Shown here: positions 55,977 through 64,000 of the stretch, one piece after another
How the letters are laid out: each line of letters opens with the position of its first letter
Numbering within the stretch: position 1 is the stretch's first letter
Source: an uncultured Gammaproteobacteria bacterium
GTDB lineage: Bacteria; Patescibacteriota; Patescibacteriia; Magasanikbacterales; UBA922
DNA length: 64,000 nucleotides
NCBI GenBank assembly: GCA_964565405.1
Contig: CAZMEW010000002.1
Coordinates: 20,918 to 84,917, forward strand
Direction: 5' to 3'
Position numbers and translations under genes: made by a program
Notes under the pieces: generated by a model
Database searches by the model: none
The model's input: the letters and a program-made list of their open reading frames with translations, nothing else
Told to the model about the DNA's origin: nothing

Positions 55977-58508
55977 CTATTCTCCCTCTTCTTCCTTTCC
56001 CGACTCAAGTAGCGCAAGACTTGCGACTTTATCACCCTCTTGCTTGAACCGCATGATGCGTACTCCTTGAGTAGCTCGACCAAGCGTTGAGATAGACTTG
56101 ATTGGGGTTCTAATTACCTGACCTTTTACGGAAATAATCATGAGATCTTGTGTCTCGGTATTATTGATTACGCGAGCACTTATGATATGTCCGGTCTTTG
56201 CAGTAACATCCATGGTTTTGATACCGCTACCTCCACGACTCTGTACTTTGTATTCCGTAAGCATGGTGCGTTTACCGAGACCATTTTCGGAGACTACTAG
56301 TAACTCTAATACTTTTTTCTTAACAAGATCTGAGGATACTACGTCCATACCTACGACTACATCATTGGAACGTAGTTTGATAGCCCTGACCCCGCTCGCA
56401 GTGCGTCCCATAGGGCGTACTTCTTTTTCCTGGAATCGAATTGCCTGACCACCTGAAGTTATAATAATAATATCGTTACTGCCGCTTGAAGGGCGTACCC
56501 ATTCGAGCATGTCATCTTCTTTGAGTTTCAAAGCGATCAATCCAGATCGACGAACGTTTTTGAAATCGTCAAGTTTGGTTTTTTTGATCGTACCTTTATT
56601 AGTTAGCATGACGAGATATTCGTATTTGGTCATGTCGTCCATAGAAAGAATGGTCGACATTTTTTCATTGGGTGCCAACTGGAGGAAATTTACGAGTGCT
56701 TGACCTTTAGCGGTACGACTTCCTTGTGGGATATCATACGCTCGAAGCTGGAATACACGTCCACGCGTGGTAAAGAATAGAATATTGTCATGGGTGTTGG
56801 TTGAGATTATTTGGTCGACCACATCTTCTTCTTTGGTTGTAAGCCCCATAACTCCCTTTCCACCACGACTCTGCTGCTTGAACGTATCTGGAGGAAGGCG
56901 TTTGATATAGCCATCCGCGGTCGTAATTATAAGTGTAGGCTCATTCGGCACCAAATCTTCGATAGAAAATTCCTTAACGCCGTGTTGAATAATTTTTGTT
57001 CTTCGATCTTCCGCGAACCGTTCACGGATTTCGGTAACTTCGCCTTTGATAATAGCAAGTATTTTTGCAGGACTCTTCAAGATCGATTCAAGTTCGGCAA
57101 TCAGCTTCTTCTTTTCCTTGAGTTCATCTTCAATTTTTTGTCTCTCGAGGTTTGCGAGTTGTTGTAAGCGCATTTCAAGAATCGCAACCGTCTGTCTCTC
57201 TGTAAAATCAAATTTTTTCATGAGGTTCACTTTCGCTTCTTCTTTATCTTTGGATTTACGAATAGTGGTGATGATGAGATCGATTTTGTCGAGCGCTTTT
57301 TTCAGTCCTTCGAGAATATGCGCACGATCCTTCGCTTTTTCAAGATCAAATTCAGTTCGTCTTCGAATGACCACTTGTCGGTGTTTGATAAATTCCTCAA
57401 GTACTGATTTTAGGTTCAACACGCGCGGTTGAATACCGTCAACCAGCGCAAGCATATTTACATGGAACGTGGTCTGGAGTTCGGTTAATTTGAATAATTG
57501 ATTTAAGACTTTTTTAGGATACGAATCTTTTTTGAGCTCAATCACGATACGTACTCCATCTTTGTTTGACTCATCACGCAGATCTTTGATTCCATCAAGT
57601 TTTTTTTCTTGTACTAAGGTGGCAATTTTTTCAATCAGAGTCGCCTTGTTCACCTGGTAGGGAACTTCACTCACAATAATATTGAATCGATCACCAGCAA
57701 GTTCAACAATCTCAGTTTTTGCTCGCATAACAATCCCACCTCGTCCGGTTGCGTATGCTGCGAGAATATCATTTTTACTATAGATAATTCCACCCGTCGG
57801 GAAATCAGGACCTTTGATATGATCAACTAATTCTTCAATCGTAATTTTCGGGTTTTCAATGAGCGCAGCAATACCATCGCATAATTCTCCCAAGTTGTGC
57901 GGAGGGATATTAGTTGCCATACCAACCGCAATACCCATGCTCCCATTCAAGAGTAGGTTGGGAAATTTGCTTGGAAGTACCCGAGGTTCCTTGTGGGAGC
58001 CATCGTAGGTGGGCGCAAAATCAACGGTATTTTTTTCGATATCAAGAAGCATTTCTTCTGCGAGTGAACGAAGTTTTACTTCAGTGTAACGCATGGCTGC
58101 GGCACTATCTCCATCCATGGAACCGAAGTTTCCTTGACCGTGCACAAGCATGTGGCGCATGTTGAATTCTTGCGCCATTCTAACCAATGAATCGTAGATC
58201 GCTGAATCTCCGTGAGGATGGTATTTACCCATCACGTCTCCTACGACGTGTGCAGATTTTCTGAATTTTGCAGTATGTTTCAATCCGATGCCCCACATGG
58301 CATATAAAATACGTCGATGCACGGGCTTGAAACCATCTCGAACATCAGGTAGTGCTCGAGAAACAATCACACTCATTGCATAATCAAGATATGAAGTGCG
58401 CATTTCTTCTACTAAATTGACCGTTTCGACTTTTCCCTCAGTTAGACTTGGTTGGACTGGTTTAGGTACTACAGGTTCTACAATTTCTTTGGTGTCTTTT
58501 TTACTCAT
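55977..58508 (-). CDS. gyrA: DNA gyrase subunit A
   Basis: Active-site region ...[35 protein letters not shown], GyrA-box QSRGGKG, 843 aa. Confidence 0.9.
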   Translation of the reverse strand: MSKKDTKEIVEPVVPKPVQPSLTEGKVETVNLVEEMRTSYLDYAMSVIVSRALPDVRDGFKPVHRRILYAMWGIGLKHTAKFRKSAHVVGDVMGKYHPHGDSAIYDSLVRMAQEFNMRHMLVHGQGNFGSMDGDSAAAMRYTEVKLRSLAEEMLLDIEKNTVDFAPTYDGSHKEPRVLPSKFPNLLLNGSMGIAVGMATNIPPHNLGELCDGIAALIENPKITIEELVDHIKGPDFPTGGIIYSKNDILAAYATGRGGIVMRAKTEIVELAGDRFNIIVSEVPYQVNKATLIEKIATLVQEKKLDGIKDLRDESNKDGVRIVIELKKDSYPKKVLNQLFKLTELQTTFHVNMLALVDGIQPRVLNLKSVLEEFIKHRQVVIRRRTEFDLEKAKDRAHILEGLKKALDKIDLIITTIRKSKDKEEAKVNLMKKFDFTERQTVAILEMRLQQLANLERQKIEDELKEKKKLIAELESILKSPAKILAIIKGEVTEIRERFAEDRRTKIIQHGVKEFSIEDLVPNEPTLIITTADGYIKRLPPDTFKQQSRGGKGVMGLTTKEEDVVDQIISTNTHDNILFFTTRGRVFQLRAYDIPQGSRTAKGQALVNFLQLAPNEKMSTILSMDDMTKYEYLVMLTNKGTIKKTKLDDFKNVRRSGLIALKLKEDDMLEWVRPSSGSNDIIIITSGGQAIRFQEKEVRPMGRTASGVRAIKLRSNDVVVGMDVVSSDLVKKKVLELLVVSENGLGKRTMLTEYKVQSRGGSGIKTMDVTAKTGHIISARVINNTETQDLMIISVKGQVIRTPIKSISTLGRATQGVRIMRFKQEGDKVASLALLESGKEEEGE

Positions 58509-58521
58509 AAGATAGTTTTAA

Positions 58522-59043
58522 TTATGGTGTAGTCGCAGAAAAGTTTTCGGGTGATTGGTCGGATGTGCTTGATGTGGTAGTCGTGATAGGTGCGGTTGAG
58601 GTGGTGCTAGAGGCGGTGATCATGGGCAGGAGCGCTTGCACTACCATTGCTTTTAATTCCCCAGGGCTTTTGATAGTACCTTTGAGTTTTTCTTCCATAC
58701 GGGTGAAGGTAGAAATCAGCATCGACAGGTCTTCCTGACCCGAGTCAGTAAAACTTTTTGTAGGGTTGAGTGTCTCTTTATTTTGCGCAATGGTATTTGA
58801 AATATAGACGACCCAAAATGCGAAAATACAGAGTGTACATCCGATAACTCCAGCAGCCATCCATCGCTTGCTGTGTAGGGGTGATTTATAAATTGGTGAT
58901 GATTTTTGCTCAGCAGTATCATGTTGTCGAGGGGACTCTTCTTCTGGGTGTGTTGAATTTTTTTTGAACTCCTCAACAATAAGAGTGGGAATTTCTTTTA
59001 CTGCCTGTGAAATTTCAGAAGATGTCGCACGTCTATGGGGCAT
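58522..59043 (-). CDS. hypothetical membrane protein with a Thr/Ser-rich tail
   Basis: One TM segment (AAGVIGCTLCIFAFWVVYI). Co-directional with gyrA. Confidence 0.45.
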   Translation of the reverse strand: MPHRRATSSEISQAVKEIPTLIVEEFKKNSTHPEEESPRQHDTAEQKSSPIYKSPLHSKRWMAAGVIGCTLCIFAFWVVYISNTIAQNKETLNPTKSFTDSGQEDLSMLISTFTRMEEKLKGTIKSPGELKAMVVQALLPMITASSTTSTAPITTTTSSTSDQSPENFSATTP

Positions 59044-59075
59044 ACCACTAATATGTCTTTATAAAAGACTTGGAA

Positions 59076-59690
59076 TTATTCTTTCCCAAGTAAAATTACT
59101 CGAGTTTCTTCCTCAGGGAGATCTTTCTTTTTAATTATTACTTTCTTTTCCTCACTTGGTACTTGGAGTCCGAGACCGCGGATAAAGGCATCAGGAGTAC
59201 TTGCGTCCGGATCATTATCGGATTTAAATGCAATAGGTACTACAATGCGAGGTTCAATACTATTGACGATCTTAATTGCTGCTTCAGTCTCTAACGCTGC
59301 TTTATTACCAGCAGGAATAAAGACTATATCAACTCCAGAGAGTATTTCGAGTTGAGTTGGGGTTAGAGAGTCTTTGAGTAAACCCAGGTGTGCCATACTA
59401 ATTCCTTCGATATCAATCCGGAACATCATCGAATCTTCAGTATGTCCCGAAACACCGGTAACCAGTACTCCCTTTGAGTCAATTTCTCCAGGTGTATCAA
59501 GGATAAAAGGAGTGCCAGAGAGAGTAAACATATCCTTTTCACCGCGGCACAACAATACTACGTCTGCAGTAAGACTGCGTGGGGAAGTACCTTGTGAAGC
59601 TTTATAAGGGTCTACAAGCACTATCACATCCGAATCAAGATATTTTGTCTGAAGTTTAATCGTCGTGCCCCCAAGCCAAGAAATGTGCAT
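59076..59690 (-). CDS. MBL-fold metallo-hydrolase
   Basis: Start chosen at MHISWLGGTTIKL; VTGVSGHTEDS region; beta-lactamase-like fold. Confidence 0.6.
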   Translation of the reverse strand: MHISWLGGTTIKLQTKYLDSDVIVLVDPYKASQGTSPRSLTADVVLLCRGEKDMFTLSGTPFILDTPGEIDSKGVLVTGVSGHTEDSMMFRIDIEGISMAHLGLLKDSLTPTQLEILSGVDIVFIPAGNKAALETEAAIKIVNSIEPRIVVPIAFKSDNDPDASTPDAFIRGLGLQVPSEEKKVIIKKKDLPEEETRVILLGKE

Positions 59691-60028
59691 AATAAATCTG
59701 GATAATTCAAGGATAATATTATGGAGATAGTATACAAGGTTTTTAGTATATAGGCAAGGGTATTTTGTAAGCTCAAAACACCACACTCAAAGCTGGAAAG
59801 GAGTGGGAAATTATATATATATTGCTGAGTTTAAAGTTATAGTTGTGCACTTAGAGTTTTGAGCTTTAATTTAAGACGTTTAGGGGGTATCCAGACTGAC
59901 TATCAGATGCCCCTTGCAAAATGTAAGAAATCCTGCTACACTAAGCCCACTTTTATTTAACCCAGGCTTTCTGGGACTTACCTTGATGGTAGGTTAAGTC
60001 ATGATCTTGGCTAAAACAAGAGAAAAAT

Positions 60029-61189
60029 ATGACACAAACTCAAAAATTTGAAGAGTTATTAAAGGATTATTTTGCACAAATACCACAAGTTGGTGATTTG
60101 GTAAAAGGTAAAGTTATCTCGATTGATCGAGGGGAAGTACGCGTTGACATCAATGGCATTATCATTGGTGTAGTTCGTGGGGAAGAATTATTTAGCGAAT
60201 CAAAAGAATTTGCACATATCAAAATCGGAGACGAAGTAGAGGCTACGGTCGTCGAAGATGAGAATGAAAACGGAGAAATGGAACTCTCATTCCGTGTTGC
60301 TGGACATCGATTGGTCTGGGAGCGCATGGCAAAGTATGTAAAAGAAGGAACCGTGATCAAGGCAAAAATTATACAGGCAAACAAAGGTGGTCTGATGCTT
60401 CAGGCAGACGCTCTTACTGGATTTATGCCTGTATCACAGCTGAACCCTGATAACTATCCACGCGTACAAGGTGGAGACAAGAACCGAATTTTGGAACACC
60501 TAAAGAAGTTTGTTGGAACCACGATCAAAGTGAAAGTGCTTGATGCAAACATGGATGATGAGAAGCTTATTTTCTCAGAGAAAGAAGTGTGGGAAGAGGA
60601 GCAGAAGAATATCCTTGATTCATACAAAGTGGGAGACAAGATTGAGGGGGAAGTTTCAGCATTGACCCCATTTGGAGCGTTTGTAAAATTTGGCGAGGGT
60701 CTCGAAGGATTGGTACATATTTCAGAGATTGTATGGCAGAGAATTGACCATCCAAAAGACATCTTGAAAGTTGGAGATAAAGTGAAAGCACAAATTATCG
60801 ACCTCAATAAATCAAAAATTTACCTCTCACTTAAACGTCTCGTTGATGATCCATGGAAATCAGTAAAAGAAAAATATACTATCGGACAAATTGTAAAGGG
60901 AGAGGTACACAAGGTAGAGTCTTTCGGCCTGATGGTAAAATTAGATAATGAAATTCATGGGCTGGCGCATATCTCTGATCTCTCAGACAAGCGCGTTGCT
61001 GATCCGAAGGAATTATTAGTCAAATTTGAAATTGGGAAGCCGTACAACTTTGAAATCATCTCGATTGAACCTGGAGAACACCGCCTCGGACTTCGTCTCG
61101 AAGGGGTAAAGAAAAAGGAATCGAAGAAAGAGGATGAAAAAGTTGAAGAGAAGAAAGAAGAAGTAAAAGGTGAAGAAAAAACCGCATAA
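60029..61189 (+). CDS. rpsA: 30S ribosomal protein S1 (four S1 domains)
   Basis: Repeated S1 OB-fold motifs (GDLVKGKV..., GTVIKAKI..., GDKIEGEV..., GQIVKGEV...). Confidence 0.85.
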   Translation: MTQTQKFEELLKDYFAQIPQVGDLVKGKVISIDRGEVRVDINGIIIGVVRGEELFSESKEFAHIKIGDEVEATVVEDENENGEMELSFRVAGHRLVWERMAKYVKEGTVIKAKIIQANKGGLMLQADALTGFMPVSQLNPDNYPRVQGGDKNRILEHLKKFVGTTIKVKVLDANMDDEKLIFSEKEVWEEEQKNILDSYKVGDKIEGEVSALTPFGAFVKFGEGLEGLVHISEIVWQRIDHPKDILKVGDKVKAQIIDLNKSKIYLSLKRLVDDPWKSVKEKYTIGQIVKGEVHKVESFGLMVKLDNEIHGLAHISDLSDKRVADPKELLVKFEIGKPYNFEIISIEPGEHRLGLRLEGVKKKESKKEDEKVEEKKEEVKGEEKTA

Positions 61190-61197
61190 ATAAGATA

Positions 61198-61232
61198 AAC
61201 CCCGCACATATCATGCGGGGTTTTGATTATTG
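61198..61232 (+). terminator. rho-independent terminator after rpsA
   Basis: CCCCGCA(catatca)TGCGGGG hairpin followed by TTTTG. Confidence 0.6.
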
Positions 61233-61293
61233 ACAAAGGCACATTATTTACATATACTCATTCTATTACCCAGTAAATTGAACATAGCGATTT

Positions 61294-63132
61294 ATGAAGC
61301 AACTATTGAAAAATTTTTTTATCGTTTTTGCAACACTTTTTGTGATTGCGGCGGCTGTTTCCATGATTAATTTCACTGGAGTTCACCCTAAATCTGCAAA
61401 TATCTCGGAGCTCGTCAATAAGATTAAGGCGGACGAAGTTTCGGTTGTTGAAGTACGTGGAGATACGCTGATTGTAAAATTAAAAGACACAAACGCGCAA
61501 CCGCTCGAAATAAAGAGAGAAACCAGTGTGTCTTTTGGAGAATTACTGACACCATATGGTGTCACACCAGAAGAATTAAACAAAATTTCAGTTGAAGTCA
61601 AAGAAGAATCAGGTTGGAGATTCTGGGTGGGGGTATTAGTGCCCTGGATCGTACCCCTAGGACTAATCTTAGTGTTTATTTTTTTCGTTACTCGACAGGT
61701 ACAGGGAGCGAATAGTCGTGCAATGGGATTTGGAGAAAGTAAGGCAAAAGAAGCAAAGCCAGATGATAACAATCGAAAGACATTTGTCGACGTAGCAGGT
61801 GCAAAAGAGGCAAAAGAAGAATTACTTGAAGTGGTAGACTTCTTGAAGGATCCGAAAAAATTTACTGACATGGGAGCGAAAATTCCACGCGGAGTGTTAC
61901 TGATGGGCTCACCGGGCACCGGGAAAACACTACTTGCAAAAGCAGTTGCTGGAGAAGCTGGAGTTCCCTTTTTTCACATATCGGGATCTGAATTTGTCGA
62001 GATGTTTGTAGGAGTCGGGGCTTCACGAGTTCGAGATTTATTCAACAAAGCAAAAAAATCAGCTCCCGCAATTGTATTTATTGACGAAATCGATGCCGTT
62101 GGGCGAAAACGTGGGGCTGGGCTTGGCGGAAGTCATGATGAACGAGAACAGACATTGAATCAAATTCTTGTTGAAATGGACGGATTTGATCCAAACTTGG
62201 GGGTAATTGTCATGGCTGCAACCAATAGACCTGATGTACTTGACCCGGCTCTATTGCGCCCTGGCCGATTTGATCGACGGGTAGTCATTGATCTTCCTGA
62301 TATCAATGATCGCGAAGAGATACTCGTAGTACATGCAAAAAATAAAAAACTTGCAGGGAATGTATCACTCAAAAAAATTGCCGAACGAACCCCAGGATTT
62401 TCTGGTGCTGATTTGGAAAATTTATTGAACGAAGCGGCAATTCTCGCCGTTAGACGTGGCAAACAAATTATCGATGAGATCGAAATTCTTGAAAGCATCG
62501 AGAAAGTAATTTTGGGTCCAGAGAAAAAATCTCGACTCATGACGCAAAAAGATCGTGAAATGACTGCCTATCATGAAGCAGGGCATGCAATTGTTGGCCA
62601 CTTTCTACCCAATTGTGATCCAGTACGCAAAGTATCCATTATTGGTCGGGGTATGGCAGGCGGATACACACTCAGTATGCCTGAAAGCGACGTGCGATAT
62701 CGAACTCTTGCTAAGTTCAAAGATGAGATTGCTATGATGCTCGGGGGATATGTTACTGAACGTTTGATCTATGGACATGATCAGCTCTCGACCGGACCAT
62801 CAAGTGATCTAAAAAAAGCAACGTCAACTGCACGGTCAATGATTCTTAAATATGGTATGAGTGAAAAATTGGGCCCGCGCCAATATGGAGAAAATGAGGA
62901 AATGATATTTCTAGCTCAGGAAATTCATGATAAGAAAAACTATAGTGAAAAAACAGCAGAATTAATCGATGCAGAAATTAGCCAGGTGCTCGATGACGCA
63001 CTCAAAGTTGCTGAGCGAGTAATTACCGAACATCGCAAGCAGATGGATGATCTCGTCAAAGTATTGATTGAAAAAGAAACTGTTGAACAAGAAGAGTTTA
63101 AGAAAATAATGGGAGATGTAGCTATGGCTTAA
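61294..63132 (+). CDS. ftsH: ATP-dependent zinc metalloprotease FtsH
   Basis: Walker [12 protein letters not shown] motif, HEAGHAIVG zinc site, two N-terminal TM segments. Confidence 0.9.
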   Translation: MKQLLKNFFIVFATLFVIAAAVSMINFTGVHPKSANISELVNKIKADEVSVVEVRGDTLIVKLKDTNAQPLEIKRETSVSFGELLTPYGVTPEELNKISVEVKEESGWRFWVGVLVPWIVPLGLILVFIFFVTRQVQGANSRAMGFGESKAKEAKPDDNNRKTFVDVAGAKEAKEELLEVVDFLKDPKKFTDMGAKIPRGVLLMGSPGTGKTLLAKAVAGEAGVPFFHISGSEFVEMFVGVGASRVRDLFNKAKKSAPAIVFIDEIDAVGRKRGAGLGGSHDEREQTLNQILVEMDGFDPNLGVIVMAATNRPDVLDPALLRPGRFDRRVVIDLPDINDREEILVVHAKNKKLAGNVSLKKIAERTPGFSGADLENLLNEAAILAVRRGKQIIDEIEILESIEKVILGPEKKSRLMTQKDREMTAYHEAGHAIVGHFLPNCDPVRKVSIIGRGMAGGYTLSMPESDVRYRTLAKFKDEIAMMLGGYVTERLIYGHDQLSTGPSSDLKKATSTARSMILKYGMSEKLGPRQYGENEEMIFLAQEIHDKKNYSEKTAELIDAEISQVLDDALKVAERVITEHRKQMDDLVKVLIEKETVEQEEFKKIMGDVAMA

Positions 63133-63147
63133 ATTTCCATCAATACA

Positions 63148-63182
63148 TCATGCACCGCGGAAACGCGGTGTTTTGCTTTGAA
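63148..63182 (+). terminator. rho-independent terminator after ftsH
   Basis: CACCGCG(gaaa)CGCGGTG hairpin followed by TTTTG. Confidence 0.55.
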
Positions 63183-63252
63183 TTTTTATCTTTTCCTTTT
63201 GACTCTGCATTGTGCTATACTATGCACAATTACATTCTTCTTAATTTTCAAT

Positions 63253-64000
63253 TATGCAAGAGCCGACACTTCGTGACGTATTCAGAATAAGCTGGAAATT
63301 AACATTCCGGTACAAAGTCTTATGGGTTTTAGGTCTTGGTGCATTGATTTTCGGGCAATTAGGATTGCTTGACGTGGTGACCGGCATCATTAAGGGTGTA
63401 TCGCCTGACAAAGGATTGACGTTTGGAAGTCAAGTTGCGTATTTGTTTTCTCCCAGCACTATCGAGAAGATCGGAAGTACGCTTAATTATTCTTTTGATT
63501 CATGGGCAGCCCTCGCATGGCTACTGATCATCATATTAGGTTTTGGAATTATTTTTGTAATTGTTGCTTCAATCGCGCAGGGTGCGATGGTCCATGCAGC
63601 TGCGCTTTCGATGGAGCACGGACTCAAATCAATTGAGAAGTTTGACGAGTCGTGGCATGCTGGTGCTAAGAATGTTTCTTCTATATTACTTCTCAATGTT
63701 TTGAAAAAAAGTGTACTGTTTGCAATGTCACTGATTGTAGGCGCTGCGGCATTTGCTGCCCTGGTGTATGGCGATGTAAGTTCGACTATTTTGTTTATTA
63801 TCTGCTTTATCTCAGCACTTATTATTGGCATGACAGCATCAGTCGTAAGTATCTTTGCAGTAGGGTATTTGGTAATTGAAAAAAAGAGTTTGTTCAATGC
63901 ACTGGCTAGTGCCTGGAAGTTGTTTACGAAGCACTGGCTCGTGTCCTGTGAAGTGGGAATGGTACTTATCACGTTCAATGTGGTGGTGTGCGTGCTCTTA
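63253..64000 (+). CDS. polytopic integral membrane protein, 3'-truncated by the window edge
   Basis: Open frame from ATG at 63253 to the window end with at least 5 hydrophobic helices. It is absent from the ORF track because no stop codon falls in the window. Preferred over the antisense ORF 63487-63978. Confidence 0.5.

Noticed and set aside
63487-63978. 163-aa minus-strand ORF at the window end
   Set aside because: The plus-strand frame is open from 63253 to the window edge, has multiple hydrophobic helices, and follows the ftsH terminator with its own upstream AT-rich region. The minus ORF is most likely its antisense shadow.
1-64000. CRISPR arrays, rRNA genes, IS elements with terminal inverted repeats
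   Set aside because: No regularly spaced direct repeats with unique spacers were seen. No rRNA-like conserved blocks and no transposase ORFs are present. The only recombinases are the serine recombinase (34251) and the XerD-like gene (36973).

Overview
This window is a low-GC bacterial fragment that is gene-dense and streamlined. The gene content suggests a Candidate Phyla Radiation / Patescibacteria-like organism; that assignment is inference from gene content only. A type IV pilus (T4P) assembly operon (pilB-pilC-pilM-pilN-pilO plus a methyltransferase) lies on the minus strand at 3.2-9.8 kb. It is followed by rpsF-ssb-rpsR and a cluster of prepilin-type minor pilins (11.5-15.3 kb), then galU. 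At 16.2-25.2 kb there is a tandem array of 11 paralogous small proteins sharing a TrbC/VirB2-like C-terminal two-helix pilin domain with variable, often Cys-rich, ectodomains, and with an orphan solute-binding lipoprotein embedded in it. A tRNA-His at 27.8 kb is followed by an accessory block of about 8 kb. That block contains a zinc-ribbon protein, a possible replication initiator, an AbiV/HEPN-like fusion protein, a tandem-repeat membrane protein, a GC-rich archaemetzincin-like metalloprotease and a large serine recombinase. The 3' end of the recombinase gene overlaps an inverted, truncated tRNA-His-like fragment, so this is a candidate integrated mobile element. Further along are tRNA-Arg, a XerD-like recombinase, three ATP-grasp ligases around a DEDD exonuclease, and a PfkB kinase-trxB-rpe-rpiB block. 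ileS carries a possible T-box leader and two internal 7-bp tandem repeat tracts. A GC-rich insert flanked by identical 27-bp hairpins sits between ruvA and gyrA and encodes an RNA polymerase alpha-CTD-like protein. The window ends with gyrA, rpsA and ftsH.
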